Assembly: GCA_963745025.1 (NCBI GenBank) | Contig: CAVUWD010000012.1 | Location: 32,001-96,000, forward strand | Reading direction: 5' to 3' | Origin: an uncultured delta proteobacterium | GTDB taxonomy: Bacteria; Desulfobacterota; Binatia; JACPRU01 | DNA length: 64,000 nucleotides | Shown here: positions 26,902 to 37,476 of the stretch, piece after piece | Layout: each line of letters begins with the position of its first letter | How positions within the stretch are numbered: the first letter of the stretch is position 1 | Translations under genes and position numbers: made by a program | Notes under the pieces: generated by a model | The model's database searches: none | Told to the model about the DNA's origin: nothing | Seen by the model: only the letters and a program-made list of their open reading frames with translations

Positions 26902-28880
26902 CCCATCCTCGTGACGCGGATCTCGCCGAGCGTGCCGACCCGGACGGTCGTGCTCGGCGGTACGGGAACCGTGGTGTCGCCGCTCTCGACGATCGCGGGT
27001 CCCGCGATCGTCGCGCCGGCGCGAAGCGCATCCCAATCGTAGACGGGAGTCTTCGCCGCGGTCCCCTGCCACACGACCGCACGAGAGCCGCACGGCTCGA
27101 TCGTCCCCGGCTCTCGCCGGGGGAGCGATGCGCGCCGTCCCGGCACGCTCGCCTTGAGCCTGAAGAGCCGCAGCACCTCGCGGTGCTTCGCCGCGCGTTC
27201 GAGCGCGGCTCCGAGGTCGGCCGCGTCGCCGAGGTCGACCGCTTCGACGCTCCCGTCGCCATTTCCGATCTCCCCCTCGAGCACGAAGGACACGGCGTGG
27301 AGATCCACTCCTTCGCCGCGCATGTCGCGCAGCGCACGCCTCGAGAGCACCTCGAGCGTCTTGCGAACCTCGCCGTCGACTCGCGCCTCGTAGACGTGGA
27401 GGAGGTCGAGCCGGGAGAGGCCGAAGGCGCTGAAGACCGGAGACAAGGGAAAGGCGAAGAAGCCGGCGAGGCTCGCCTCCGCCGCGATCGCCGCGGCGAG
27501 AAGGCCGCCGGCACCACCGGTGGCGAAGAGCCAGGTCTTCGCGGCGACGAGACCCCGCTCGGCGAGCAGACGGCGAACGTCGGTCGCGACCACGTGCGCC
27601 GCCTGGCGGAGAATGCGGTGGGCGGCGGTCTCGACGCGGGCGCCGAGCGGCTTCGCGATCTTCTCTTCGATGATCCGCTTGGCGGCGGCGACGTCGAGCG
27701 TCTTGCGCCCGCCGAGGAAGTTCGCGGGGTCGAAGAAGCCGAGGACGCAGGCGGCATCGGTCACCGTCGCGTCGGAGCCACCGAGCCCGAAGGCGGCGGG
27801 CCCGGGTTGCGCGCCGGCGCTTCGCGGACCGACCACCAGCGCGCCACCCGAAACGGCCGCGATCGAGCCGCCGCCGATGCCGATCGACTCGAGCTCGAGG
27901 ACGGGCAGCGAAATCGTGACACCGTCGATCGTCGGCTGCACCGCGTAGCGCCAGCTCCCGTCGACGACGATCGAGACGTCGCTGCTCGTCCCGCCGACGT
28001 CGATCGCGACGACCGTCTCGAGGGCGAGCTCGCGGGCGAGCGCCGCCGCCCCGGCGACGCCGCCCGCCGGGCCCGATCCCCACGTCCGGATCGCCGTCGT
28101 CTTCGCGACCCGCGAGGAGCCGCCGTTCGACTGCGCGACGAGCAGCGGCCGAGTCGAGCCGCTCCGTCTGAGCTCGTCCTCGACCCGGTAGAGGAAGCGG
28201 CTCATGACCGGATGGAGGTAGGCATCGAGGACAGCCGTCGCGACGCGGAGGAAGGGATCGGGCGAGAGTGTCACCTCGTGAGACGCCACGATCGGAACCG
28301 CGCCGAGATAGTGCCGCGGATACTCGGCCGCGATGAACGTGCGCACGGCGAGCTCGCGCTCGGCGAGATCCGGCCCGTCCGCGAGGGCGATGACGACGAT
28401 GCGCGCGCCCCGCTCGAGCAGACCGCGGAGCGCGGCAACCGTCACCGCTGCGGCCTCGGCTGCCTTCGGTGACGGCAGCTTCTCGACCAGGTTTCTCGCG
28501 AGGGGGAGCGTCTCCGGAAGCCGCGAGACGATCGATTCGTAGAGATCACTGCCGACGAGGAGACCGACCTTCGCGCCGCTGCGGTTGATCAAGGCGTTCG
28601 TCGCGACCGTCGTCGAGAGCCGGACGACGTCGGTCTGCCGCAGCAGTCCAGACCGATCGATTCCGAGAAGAGAGGCCGCTTGATCGATGCAACGCAGGAT
28701 TCCTTCAGTGAGATCGTGCGGCGTCGTGTCGACCTTCGACCGCACCGCCTCGACGCCTCCGCTCACGTAACCGTCGGTGAAGGTGCCGCCGGTGTCGAGC
28801 TCGATCGTGTATCGCGTTCTCGGCACCGGCTTCGAGGATCGCGGCGATCGGCCGTCAGCGCTCGGCTTTCGGCGAAGCAC
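26898..28880 (-). CDS. apcA: Hydantoinase A/oxoprolinase family; acetophenone carboxylase alpha-like subunit
   Basis: DTGGTFTD, DVGGTSSD, YPRHYLGAVP; about 650 aa; start may be GTG 28826. Confidence 0.8.
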   Translation of the reverse strand: MLRRKPSADGRSPRSSKPVPRTRYTIELDTGGTFTDGYVSGGVEAVRSKVDTTPHDLTEGILRCIDQAASLLGIDRSGLLRQTDVVRLSTTVATNALINRSGAKVGLLVGSDLYESIVSRLPETLPLARNLVEKLPSPKAAEAAAVTVAALRGLLERGARIVVIALADGPDLAERELAVRTFIAAEYPRHYLGAVPIVASHEVTLSPDPFLRVATAVLDAYLHPVMSRFLYRVEDELRRSGSTRPLLVAQSNGGSSRVAKTTAIRTWGSGPAGGVAGAAALARELALETVVAIDVGGTSSDVSIVVDGSWRYAVQPTIDGVTISLPVLELESIGIGGGSIAAVSGGALVVGPRSAGAQPGPAAFGLGGSDATVTDAACVLGFFDPANFLGGRKTLDVAAAKRIIEEKIAKPLGARVETAAHRILRQAAHVVATDVRRLLAERGLVAAKTWLFATGGAGGLLAAAIAAEASLAGFFAFPLSPVFSAFGLSRLDLLHVYEARVDGEVRKTLEVLSRRALRDMRGEGVDLHAVSFVLEGEIGNGDGSVEAVDLGDAADLGAALERAAKHREVLRLFRLKASVPGRRASLPRREPGTIEPCGSRAVVWQGTAAKTPVYDWDALRAGATIAGPAIVESGDTTVPVPPSTTVRVGTLGEIRVTRMG

Positions 28881-28928
28881 CGCGGGATGCCCTTCCCGAA
28901 AGCCGATGGCCGACGACCCCCTCGATCG

Positions 28929-29345
28929 TCAGCTGAGCTTGCAGCTCTTGGTGTGCGCGATCGCGTCGTAGACGCATTCGATCATGAGCCCTTCCCCCTC
29001 GCCGCTTCCCTTGGCGGCAACCCGCAGCGTGGGATCGGCTTCGAGATCGGGGGGATAGATCGCGAAGTGGAACGTGGGCGATACGGCTAGGTCCACACCG
29101 AGGGCCTGTTTCGTGGCCTCGGGCGAGAGCGTGCCGCTCTTGTCGCGCCAGAACTTGCCCTCGCGCTCCTTGTAGGCTCGCTCGGCCTCGATCAGCGCGT
29201 CGAGCACCGGTTGCACGCGCGCGGCGAAGGCTTCGCTCCTGCGCCTTTCGGAGCGACCGCGCAAGTAGGGCGGTGCGATGATCGCGGCGATGAGCGCGAG
29301 GGTGGCGGCGGCGATGAGAATCGACGTGAGCGCGGTTTTCGACAT
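28929..29345 (-). CDS. Small membrane-anchored pilin-like protein
   Basis: N-terminal hydrophobic helix ending AIIAPPY, then RRSEA...LIEAERAY, C-terminal Cys pair; lacks G|FxxxE. Confidence 0.5.
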   Translation of the reverse strand: MSKTALTSILIAAATLALIAAIIAPPYLRGRSERRRSEAFAARVQPVLDALIEAERAYKEREGKFWRDKSGTLSPEATKQALGVDLAVSPTFHFAIYPPDLEADPTLRVAAKGSGEGEGLMIECVYDAIAHTKSCKLS

Positions 29346-29681
29346 TCAAGGTTTCCTTTCGCGGACCTCATCCAGAGCGTAGTGAATCACGAGAAATCCT
29401 TCCCTTCTCCCCAAACGGAGAGCGGGCGAAAGCTGGCCGATCCGTGCGTGTGACGGGCATGTCGGTGGGCGTGCGCCTTACCTTCCCTTCGGCCATGGAA
29501 TTCTTCTCTTCCGATCCGGCGCGGCGTCATCGCCTCACGAAGTCGCTCGACCCCTATGGCCGCGCGGCGCGGCGATCCTACCGCTCCGCGCCGCGCTGTG
29601 CGAGAGGTCGTGCGGCTTTTGTCCCCCCGCTTTCGAGCGAATCGCTCGCGACGAGCTCCCGGCATGTGTAATGGAACGATC

Positions 29682-30686
29682 ATGAGAATCTGCTTGTGCC
29701 GACGAGGAGCCACTCGGATCCTCGAGTCGCTCCGTGCGGAGCTTCCGGAAGACGAGGTTCTGGAATGCTCGCCGGAAGAAGTGCAAGACGTCGCGCGCCG
29801 GGTGGAGGTGGTCGTGCCGATCGTCGCCCGGGTTGGCGAAGACGCTCTCGCCTCCCCCTGCCTGCGCCTCGTCCAACAGTTCGGCGCGGGGCTCGACGTC
29901 GTGGACATCGATTCGGCGTCCCGCCACGGCGTCTACGTCGCCAACGTCCCGAGCGGTGAAACGGCGAACGCCGATTCGGTCGCGGAGCTCGCCGTCCTTC
30001 TGATGATCGCGCTCGCTCGGAGGTGGTCTCGCGCTCAGGAGAGCTTGCGGGCGCGCCGCATCGGCGTGCCGATCGGAACGACGCTCAAGGGGAAGACCGT
30101 GGCGATCGTGGGCTTCGGTGGAATCGGACGTGCTCTCGCGCGGCGCCTCCGTGCGTTCAGCGTCCGCGTCGTCGCCATTTCCCGACACGGGCCTCGGGAG
30201 GCCGCGGCGGAAGCCGATCTCCACCTGCCGGCGTCCGGACTGCATGCGGCTCTCGAGCAGGCGGACTTCGTTGTCGTCGCCACGCCGCTTCAGGCAGAGA
30301 CTCGCGGCCTCATTGGCCGGGACGCGTTCGCTCACATGAAGCGAGGGGCCTTCCTGGTGAACATTGCGCGCGGCGCCGTGGTCGACCGCGAGGCGCTGCT
30401 CGAAGCGCTCCGCTCGGGGAAGCTCGGCGGAGCAGGGCTCGACGTTTTCTGGGAAGAGCCCCCCGATCCGGCGGATCCGCTGTTTTCCTACGAGGTCGTA
30501 GCGACGCCGCACGTGGGCGGCGCCACCGACACGTCCCTTCAGGACATCGCCCGGGAAGTGGCCGCAAACGTGAATCGACTCCGGCGTGGGGAAGCTCCTC
30601 GGAACTGCGCCAACGCAGCGTCGATCGACCCGGCATCGCTGCGCGCGAAGCAAGACGGCACCCGTCAAAAGGCGGTAATGCCGTAG
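29682..30686 (+). CDS. D-isomer-specific 2-hydroxyacid dehydrogenase
   Basis: GFGGIG, NIARG, GLDVFWEEP, TPHVGG. Confidence 0.92.
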   Translation: MRICLCRRGATRILESLRAELPEDEVLECSPEEVQDVARRVEVVVPIVARVGEDALASPCLRLVQQFGAGLDVVDIDSASRHGVYVANVPSGETANADSVAELAVLLMIALARRWSRAQESLRARRIGVPIGTTLKGKTVAIVGFGGIGRALARRLRAFSVRVVAISRHGPREAAAEADLHLPASGLHAALEQADFVVVATPLQAETRGLIGRDAFAHMKRGAFLVNIARGAVVDREALLEALRSGKLGGAGLDVFWEEPPDPADPLFSYEVVATPHVGGATDTSLQDIAREVAANVNRLRRGEAPRNCANAASIDPASLRAKQDGTRQKAVMP

Positions 30687-30688
30687 CC

Positions 30689-31717
30689 ATGGCCAAGCGA
30701 GTGGACGCGGAGCTCGCACGCATCCTCACGGCGCTGCGAGCGGAGGAGAGCCCGCTTCGGCGGAGCGGGGTCGCGCTCATCGTCGACTTCGCGCTCGTGC
30801 GGCCGCTACGCGACTTCGTCGACGCGGAAGGACTGATCCGGCTCCTCACCGATTCGTTGCAGTCCGCGAACGTCGTCGAGGTGCTTCGCGATCGCATCCC
30901 GCAGGCCTGGAGTCGGCACGTCCGACGGAGCCGCGATCGACGCCTCCCCCTCGGCGCAGCCCTTCCGGAGAAGGTCCGCTCCCGGCTCCGCGACGTGATC
31001 GCTGCGACCCGCCCGCCGCCCGGACGCTGGATGCGTAGCGCCGTTGACCCCGTCCTCGTCCGCAAGCTCGTCGCCCCGGTCATCCAAGACGTCCTCACCG
31101 CCTTCACCCGGCAGTTGCCGGTTTTCGGCTCCGGCATATCATCGTGGCCGGGTATCGGTGCCATGGCTGCTCTCGGCAGCCGCGTGCGGGAAGAGATCGA
31201 GAGGCGCGCCGGTCAAGTCGCGGACGCCGGACGGGCGGTCCTCGGCGGAATCGGCATCGATCTCGAGGGACAGATCGAAGCGGCCACGCGCGAGTTCAGC
31301 CAAACGGCCGAGCGCGGCTTTCGCGAGGCGCTGGCGAAGCGGATCGAGACGCCGGAGGGTCGCGCCCTCCTCGGGGAGATCCAGGGCCAGGTGCTCGACC
31401 GGCTGCTCGCCGCCCGCTTCGACGAGCTCCACGAGGACGTGGAAAGCCTCCCGTGGAGCGAGCTCGTAGAGCTCGCCGCTCCCGCGCTCGATCACCTCCG
31501 GAGGCAGCCCTTCGTCCGGCACGCGCTACGTGAGGAAATCGACGCATGGCTCGCCGTCGACAGCGCCCGGCCGCTGCGGGCCCTGCTCGACGAGCTGGGT
31601 CTCCTCGCTCCCGTCCGCCAGCACGCTCTCGCGCGCGCCGACGAGCTGGCGCGCAAGCTTTTCTCCAGCACCGCCTTCGCGCGCTGGCTCGGCGCGCTGC
31701 TCGGGTCCCGCGACTAG
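30689..31717 (+). CDS. Hypothetical alpha-helical protein
   Basis: ATG 2 bp after the upstream stop; 342 aa with host-like codon usage; no recognisable motif. Confidence 0.7.
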   Translation: MAKRVDAELARILTALRAEESPLRRSGVALIVDFALVRPLRDFVDAEGLIRLLTDSLQSANVVEVLRDRIPQAWSRHVRRSRDRRLPLGAALPEKVRSRLRDVIAATRPPPGRWMRSAVDPVLVRKLVAPVIQDVLTAFTRQLPVFGSGISSWPGIGAMAALGSRVREEIERRAGQVADAGRAVLGGIGIDLEGQIEAATREFSQTAERGFREALAKRIETPEGRALLGEIQGQVLDRLLAARFDELHEDVESLPWSELVELAAPALDHLRRQPFVRHALREEIDAWLAVDSARPLRALLDELGLLAPVRQHALARADELARKLFSSTAFARWLGALLGSRD

Positions 31718-34050
31718 ATTCTGACCCTACCGAGCCGCAGCGCGTTTCCGATCACCGATACGGAGCTGAGGCTCATGGCAGCGGCGGCGATCATCGGGCT
31801 CAGCAGGATGCCGAAGAAGGGATAGAGAACGCCGGCGGCGATCGGCACACCGAGCGAGTTGTAGACGAAGGCGAAGAAGAGGTTCTGCGTGATGTTGCGA
31901 AGTGTTGCCCGGCTCAGCCTGCGCGCGCGGACGATGCCGCGCAGGTCTCCCTTGACGAGCGTCACGCCGGCGCTCTCGATCGCAACGTCCGTCCCGGTTC
32001 CCATCGCGATTCCGACCTGCGACTGAGCCAGTGCGGGCGCGTCGTTGATCCCGTCTCCCGCCATGGCGACGATTCGTCCCGCCTCTTGCATTCGCTTCAC
32101 CGCCTGCGCCTTCTGGTCGGGCAGCACCTCGGCCACGACTTCGTCGATCCCCAGACGGCGGCCGACGGCGTTGGCGGTCGTCGGGTTGTCGCCGGTCAGC
32201 ATCACGATCCGGATCCCCTCCTCGTGGAGCTCGCGGATCGCGTCCGGGGTCGTCTCCTTGATCGGGTCCGCGACACCGACCAGGCCCCCGATCCGCCCGT
32301 CCACCGCGACGAACATGACCGTCTGTCCCTCGGCACCGAGCTCGTCCGCCCGGCGCGCGAGATCACCGGTGTCGACGGCGAGCTCGTCCATCAGCGCCCG
32401 GTTGCCGAGCGCGACCGCCCGGCCGTCGACCGTTCCCTTCACCCCCTTCCCCGTGATCGACTCGAAGGCCGTGGCTTCTACAGGCACGACCTCCCTCGCG
32501 GCCGCTCCTTGAACAATCGCCGCCGCGAGCGGGTGTTCGCTGCCCCGCTCGAGGGTCGCGGCCAGTCTCAGCAGTTGCGCTTCCTCCCATCCCGCGGCTG
32601 GGACGATGCTCACGAGCCTGGGTTTTCCGACGGTCAGCGTGCCGGTCTTGTCGACGACGAGCGTGTCCACCTTCCGCATGATCTCGATCGCTTCCGCATT
32701 CTTGAAGAGGACGCCGATCGAGGCGCCCTTGCCCGTCGCGACCATGATGGACATCGGCGTCGCCAAGCCGAGCGCGCAGGGACAGGCGATGATCAGTACG
32801 GCGACCGCATTGATCAGGGCGTGCGCCAGGCGCGGGCTCGGGCCCGCAACGGCCCACGCAACGAACGTGACGACCGCGACACCGACGACCGTCGGCACGA
32901 AGTAGCCGGCGACCACGTCCGCGAGCTTCTGGATGGGCGCCCGGCTCCGCTGCGCCTCGGCGACCATCTGGACGATCCGAGCGAGCAGCGTCTCCGCCCC
33001 CACCCGCTCTGCCCTCATCACGAGCGACCCGGTGCCGTTGACGGTCGCTCCGATGATCCGGTCTCCGCTCCGCTTCTCGACCGGGATCGGCTCTCCCGTG
33101 ATCATCGACTCGTCGAGCGTGCTCTGGCCCTCGAGGACGACGCCGTCGACGGGGACCTTCTCGCCCGGACGCACGCGGAGCCGATCGCCGGGCTGTACGC
33201 GATCCAACGGTGCGTCCTCTTCCCGGCCGTCGTCGAGCAGTCGCCGCGCGGTCTTCGGGGCGAGGCCGAGGAGAGCTCGGATCGCCGCGCCCGTGCGGCT
33301 TCGCGCCCGGAGCTCCAGAACCTGTCCGAGGAGGACGAGCGTGACGATGGCCGATGCCGCCTCGAAATAGATCGCGACCTCGTCACCCTCGCCTCGGAAC
33401 GACGCCGGGAAGAGATCCGGGACGAGCGCCGCCACGGCGCTGTAAACGTAGGCCACGGACACGCCGAGGCCGATCAGCGTGAACATGTTGAGGCGCTTCG
33501 CCACCACGGACTGCCACCCACGGAAGAGAAAGGGCCACCCCCCCCACAGCACCACGGGCGTTGCGATCACGAGCTCGAGGAGGGAGAGCCGCCGGGCAGA
33601 GATCACGCTCATGAACGAGAGGCCGGAAATGTGATCGCTCATGGCGAGCACGACCAGCGGCAGGGTGAGCGCCGCGCTCAGCCAGAACCGTCGCGTCATG
33701 TCCGCGAGCTCGGGATTCGCCTCCTCTTCCAGGGTCGCCCGAACCAGCTCGAGCGCCATGCCGCAGACCGGGCACGTGCCCGGCCCCTGCTGGCGGATCT
33801 CGGGGTGCATCGGGCAGGTATACAGGCCGCCCTCGTCATTCGCCGCGGGCGCGTCGCCGCCGACGAAGCTCCGCGGCGACTGCCGAAACTTCACGCGACA
33901 GTGCTCGGCGCAGAAGAAGTACGTCTTGCCCGCGTAGTGCTCCCGGATAGGGGCATCCGCGGCCACCTTCATTCCGCACACGGGGTCGATCTCTCGTGGC
34001 TGCCCCGAGATCTGGAGGCCGCGGTCGGCGTCGGCATGAGGGTCGTGCAT
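31714..34050 (-). CDS. copA: Cu(I)-translocating P1B-type ATPase with YHS and heavy-metal-binding domains
   Basis: DPVCGM...FCAEHC (YHS), YTCPMHP..CPVCGM, TGE, CPC, DKTGT, SEHP, GDGIND, YN, MSLSS. Confidence 0.93.
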   Translation of the reverse strand: MHDPHADADRGLQISGQPREIDPVCGMKVAADAPIREHYAGKTYFFCAEHCRVKFRQSPRSFVGGDAPAANDEGGLYTCPMHPEIRQQGPGTCPVCGMALELVRATLEEEANPELADMTRRFWLSAALTLPLVVLAMSDHISGLSFMSVISARRLSLLELVIATPVVLWGGWPFLFRGWQSVVAKRLNMFTLIGLGVSVAYVYSAVAALVPDLFPASFRGEGDEVAIYFEAASAIVTLVLLGQVLELRARSRTGAAIRALLGLAPKTARRLLDDGREEDAPLDRVQPGDRLRVRPGEKVPVDGVVLEGQSTLDESMITGEPIPVEKRSGDRIIGATVNGTGSLVMRAERVGAETLLARIVQMVAEAQRSRAPIQKLADVVAGYFVPTVVGVAVVTFVAWAVAGPSPRLAHALINAVAVLIIACPCALGLATPMSIMVATGKGASIGVLFKNAEAIEIMRKVDTLVVDKTGTLTVGKPRLVSIVPAAGWEEAQLLRLAATLERGSEHPLAAAIVQGAAAREVVPVEATAFESITGKGVKGTVDGRAVALGNRALMDELAVDTGDLARRADELGAEGQTVMFVAVDGRIGGLVGVADPIKETTPDAIRELHEEGIRIVMLTGDNPTTANAVGRRLGIDEVVAEVLPDQKAQAVKRMQEAGRIVAMAGDGINDAPALAQSQVGIAMGTGTDVAIESAGVTLVKGDLRGIVRARRLSRATLRNITQNLFFAFVYNSLGVPIAAGVLYPFFGILLSPMIAAAAMSLSSVSVIGNALRLGRVRI

Positions 34051-34335
34051 GAGAGTCTCGTCGATCCGCGCGTGCGCGCTCGGGCGACCATGTTGTCCCA
34101 CAAGCTCGTCTCTCACAACATGCGGCGTGGCGACCAGCCGCACGTGGGGATATCCGGCACGACCACGGCTGCTTCTCCTGGCAATCGACCCGCGTTCGTC
34201 CTTGGCGCAGGCGAGCCTCCGCTTCGGCTTCATTTCGACGCAGAGAGTCCGGAGGAGAGTGGCAGAGTCCGCTTGACGAGAGCTGCGGAGCGCGCACTAT
34301 GCGATTGCCAACCGCACGATGTCAGGAGGATCCAC

Positions 34336-34911
34336 ATGCCCGACAGCAAGCTTGAGCAGTACCCGAAACAGATCGGGCTCCCCGACGGTAAACTGGCGGA
34401 GCTGCATGTCATGACAGCCGCCGACAAGGACGCGATCCTGCGGTTTGCGAGGAAGCTGTCGGAAGACGATCTCTTGTTTCTACGCACCGACATCACCGAT
34501 CCGGCGGTGGTGGACGACTGGATCGAGAATCTTCGCAAGGGGACGACGGTCACGATCCTGGCCGAGCTGAACGGCGAACTAGGCGCCTACGCGAGCCTTC
34601 ATCAGGACCAGGCGCGCTGGACGCGACGGGTCGGCGAGATCCGGATCAACGCGGCGCCACGCTACCGCGGCATGGGGCTAGGGCGCGCGCTGGCGTCCGA
34701 AATCTTCGAGGTCGGCAAGGCCCAAGGGATCAAGAAGCTGGTCGCGATGGTGACGCCCGAACAGAGCGGGGCGCGAACTACCCTCGAGCGGCTGGGCTTC
34801 AAGGTCGAGGCGTTGCTCGCCGACTGGGTGGAGGATCGACGGGGGAAGCCGCGCGATCTGCTGGTGATGACGTTCGATCTGGCGGGCTTCACCGACCAGG
34901 CGGCGGCGTAA
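34336..34911 (+). CDS. GNAT family N-acetyltransferase
   Basis: AGGAGG then ATG at 34336; RYRGMGLG motif A, LERLGF. Confidence 0.85.
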   Translation: MPDSKLEQYPKQIGLPDGKLAELHVMTAADKDAILRFARKLSEDDLLFLRTDITDPAVVDDWIENLRKGTTVTILAELNGELGAYASLHQDQARWTRRVGEIRINAAPRYRGMGLGRALASEIFEVGKAQGIKKLVAMVTPEQSGARTTLERLGFKVEALLADWVEDRRGKPRDLLVMTFDLAGFTDQAAA

Positions 34912-34971
34912 GCCTGACCGTGGATCTTTCCATCGCGCGGGGGGCAGCGACGCCAGCCCTGCCAGTGCCGA

Positions 34972-36493
34972 TCAAGACGCAGCGACAGATAGTTCAACGG
35001 CCGGGGCCGGGACTGCGCGCAGCGCGCGGTCGCGTAGCTCGGCGAACGAATCATCGACGAACTGCTTCATCCGATCGACATCGGGCATCAGGCGCGGATC
35101 GGCGGTCAGGTGGAAGAACATCTCCTGGTTGTAGCTCGTGATCGGTACGCCAAAGCCCATGGTGCCGCCCGGCCCCACAAAACCGGTCGAGTAGAGCAGC
35201 TTGTGGCCATCCATGTACATGGGCACCTGTACGCCCGGGACATTCGTGGCGATGAAATTGATTCCCATGGCGGGTAGCGGAAAGACCCCAGGGCGCGGCG
35301 TGAGGCCAAGCATGCGCGTAGGCCGCCGACGCCCAGTCGAGAGCGGTCGTGCCGACGCGCCCCGCGAGAGCGGTGAAGAAAGCCGGGACGACGTCGAGAA
35401 GCGTCCCCATCCGATCCATCGCCTGGGGAAGGCCGGCCTTCTTGATGCGCGTGGTCTCTTCGCTGATGAGCTTGAGGCGCTCGAGTAGGTCGATCGACTC
35501 GGCCGGTATCATCGGGAACATCATCGAAACCCGATTGCCGAGGTCGGACTTTTCCTCGGGCCGACGCACGCTGACCGGACATCCGAGGCGGAACTGCTGA
35601 CCTGCGGCGGGCCATCCATGATGCTTCAGGTAGCGCGCGGCGCCCTCAGTCAGAACCGTCAACACGACGTCGTTCACGGTGCCGCCGAAGGCGTTGCGGA
35701 TCGCGCGATAATCGGCGAAGGGCTGACGACAGAGCGCGAAGGAGCGCCGCTGGCCGACCACGCCCGCCTGCCAGGGCGTCATCACGATCGGCCGCGCCAG
35801 CGATTCCGCCATCGCGCGCATCGCTTCTGCGGTCTCGCGCAGGCGCTCGGCGACACCGAAGGGCTCGCGAATGAACTCGAGCAGGTTGCGCGATACGGTG
35901 TCGACCTGATTGAGCAGCAGGTCGCGAATCGCCGAGACCAGCCGTTCGCCCTGGCCGGGCAGAGGCGCCGGCTGCCACGGCTTGGCGGGCGGCTCGATTT
36001 TATTGGGCGTAGGGCTAAAGTCCGACATGATGACCGACATCTCGACGGTCGATACTCCGTCGACGAGCGCGTGGTGAATCTTCTGCACGATGACCGTGCG
36101 GTCCTTTAAGCCTTCGAGCAGGTGGTTCTCCCAGAGCGGCCGGTTGCGGTCGAGCGGGGGCTCGTAGACGCGCAACGCCTCTTCGATCACCTCGGGCTCC
36201 GTGATTCCCCGCCTCAACCGGTGGCGCTTGACGTGGTTCTCGAGCTTGAAGTCGGGATCGTCCTCGAGCGTCGCATGAGCGAGATTGAAGGGCACCTCCG
36301 CCAGCCGCTGGCGATAGCGGGGCACTAGATGGATTCGCTCCTCCAGGAAGCGGAAGTATTTCTCGAACGACATCGCGCCTTCGAAAACGGACATCCCGCC
36401 GACATGCGTGGGACTGCTGCTCGATTCCAGATAGAGGAACGACGCGTCGAGCGAAGACAGGCGACGTTTCAGACTCAGCTTGTTGTCAGCCAT
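34972..36493 (-). pseudogene. Wax ester synthase/diacylglycerol acyltransferase, frameshifted near 35315
   Basis: LDASFLYLE, HHALVDG, GTVNDVVL, GNRVS in ORF 35051-36493; C-terminal TNVPG...ITSY in a different frame (34972-35313). Confidence 0.8.
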
Positions 36494-36660
36494 GACATCC
36501 GCGGCCCCCTACCGCGGCTTCCGGCGCACGTTGCCAACGGCGCGACGAAGTATCCTCCGCGTGCGGCCCGCCGTCAAATTATTGGACGACTGCCGGCTCC
36601 CCTTCCGCGCTTCGGCTTCGTCGGCACCAGCGGTGGCGACGTCGGCGGGACACACCCGAG

Positions 36661-36688
36661 TTGACCGGCCACGCCGGAAGCCTACAAT
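36661..36688 (+). promoter_or_regulatory. Sigma70-like promoter, probably giving a leaderless mRNA
   Basis: TTGACC-N16-TACAAT with ATG 7 nt downstream (36696). Confidence 0.55.
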
Positions 36689-36695
36689 CCCCACC

Positions 36696-37451
36696 ATGAG
36701 CCCAGCGCTTGCGATGACATCGGGAAACCCCGCCCTCCGCGCCGAGACCTTCCGCGCCGCGCCGGTCCTCGCGCGCGCCGACGCGATGACGATCGAAGGG
36801 ACCGTCAACAAGACGGCGTTCTCGCTTGCGATCCTTTTCATAGCGGCGACGTGGGTCTGGAGCATCGGCCTCGGCGATCCCCGCGTCGGCGGTCTCCTCA
36901 TGCTCGGAGTGATCGGCGGCGCCGTGACGGCGCTGGTGACGGTCTTCAAGCAGCCCTGGGCGCCCTACACGACGCCGGCCTACGCCGCGTTCGAAGGCCT
37001 CGCGCTGGGCGGCATCTCGACCGCGTTCGATGCGAGATATCCGGGAATCGCCAGTCAGGCGATCTTCTTGACGTTCGGCACGCTCGGCGGCCTGCTGCTC
37101 GCCTACCGCTCGGGGCTCATCCGAGCCACCGAGAAGTTCAAGCTCGGCATCTTCGCCGCGACGAGCGGCATCGCGCTTCTCTATCTCATCGGCTTCGTCT
37201 TGAGCTTCTTCGGCACGGGTATCCCGCTGATCCACGGAAGCGGCACGGTGGGGATCCTCTTCAGCCTCTTCGTCTGCGGCGTGGCCGCCCTGAACTTGGT
37301 CATCGATTTCGACATGATCGAGCAGGGTGCCGCGCGCGGGGCCGCGAAATACATGGAATGGTACGGAGCCTTCGCGCTGCTCGTCACGCTCGTCTGGCTG
37401 TACCTGGAGATCTTGCGTCTGCTGTCCAAGCTGCAGGAGGAGCGCCGATGA
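36696..37451 (+). CDS. Bax inhibitor-1/YccA family membrane protein
   Basis: SGNPAL...MTIEGTVNKT...NLVIDFDMIE...EWYGAFALLVTLVWLYLEILRLL; about 7 TM segments. Confidence 0.92.
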   Translation: MSPALAMTSGNPALRAETFRAAPVLARADAMTIEGTVNKTAFSLAILFIAATWVWSIGLGDPRVGGLLMLGVIGGAVTALVTVFKQPWAPYTTPAYAAFEGLALGGISTAFDARYPGIASQAIFLTFGTLGGLLLAYRSGLIRATEKFKLGIFAATSGIALLYLIGFVLSFFGTGIPLIHGSGTVGILFSLFVCGVAALNLVIDFDMIEQGAARGAAKYMEWYGAFALLVTLVWLYLEILRLLSKLQEERR

Positions 37452-37476
37452 CCAACCCGCGGCGCTGCAGCGGCGA

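Noticed and set aside
26533-28083. 516-aa ORF
   Set aside because: Arg-rich off-frame of apcA; only 26533-26901 is real
30023-30688. N-terminal extension of the hypothetical protein
   Set aside because: Overlaps the dehydrogenase in another frame; ATG 30689 fits operon spacing
31546-34911. 1121-aa ORF
   Set aside because: Antisense shadow of copA; only the last 191 aa (GNAT, RBS before 34336) is a credible gene
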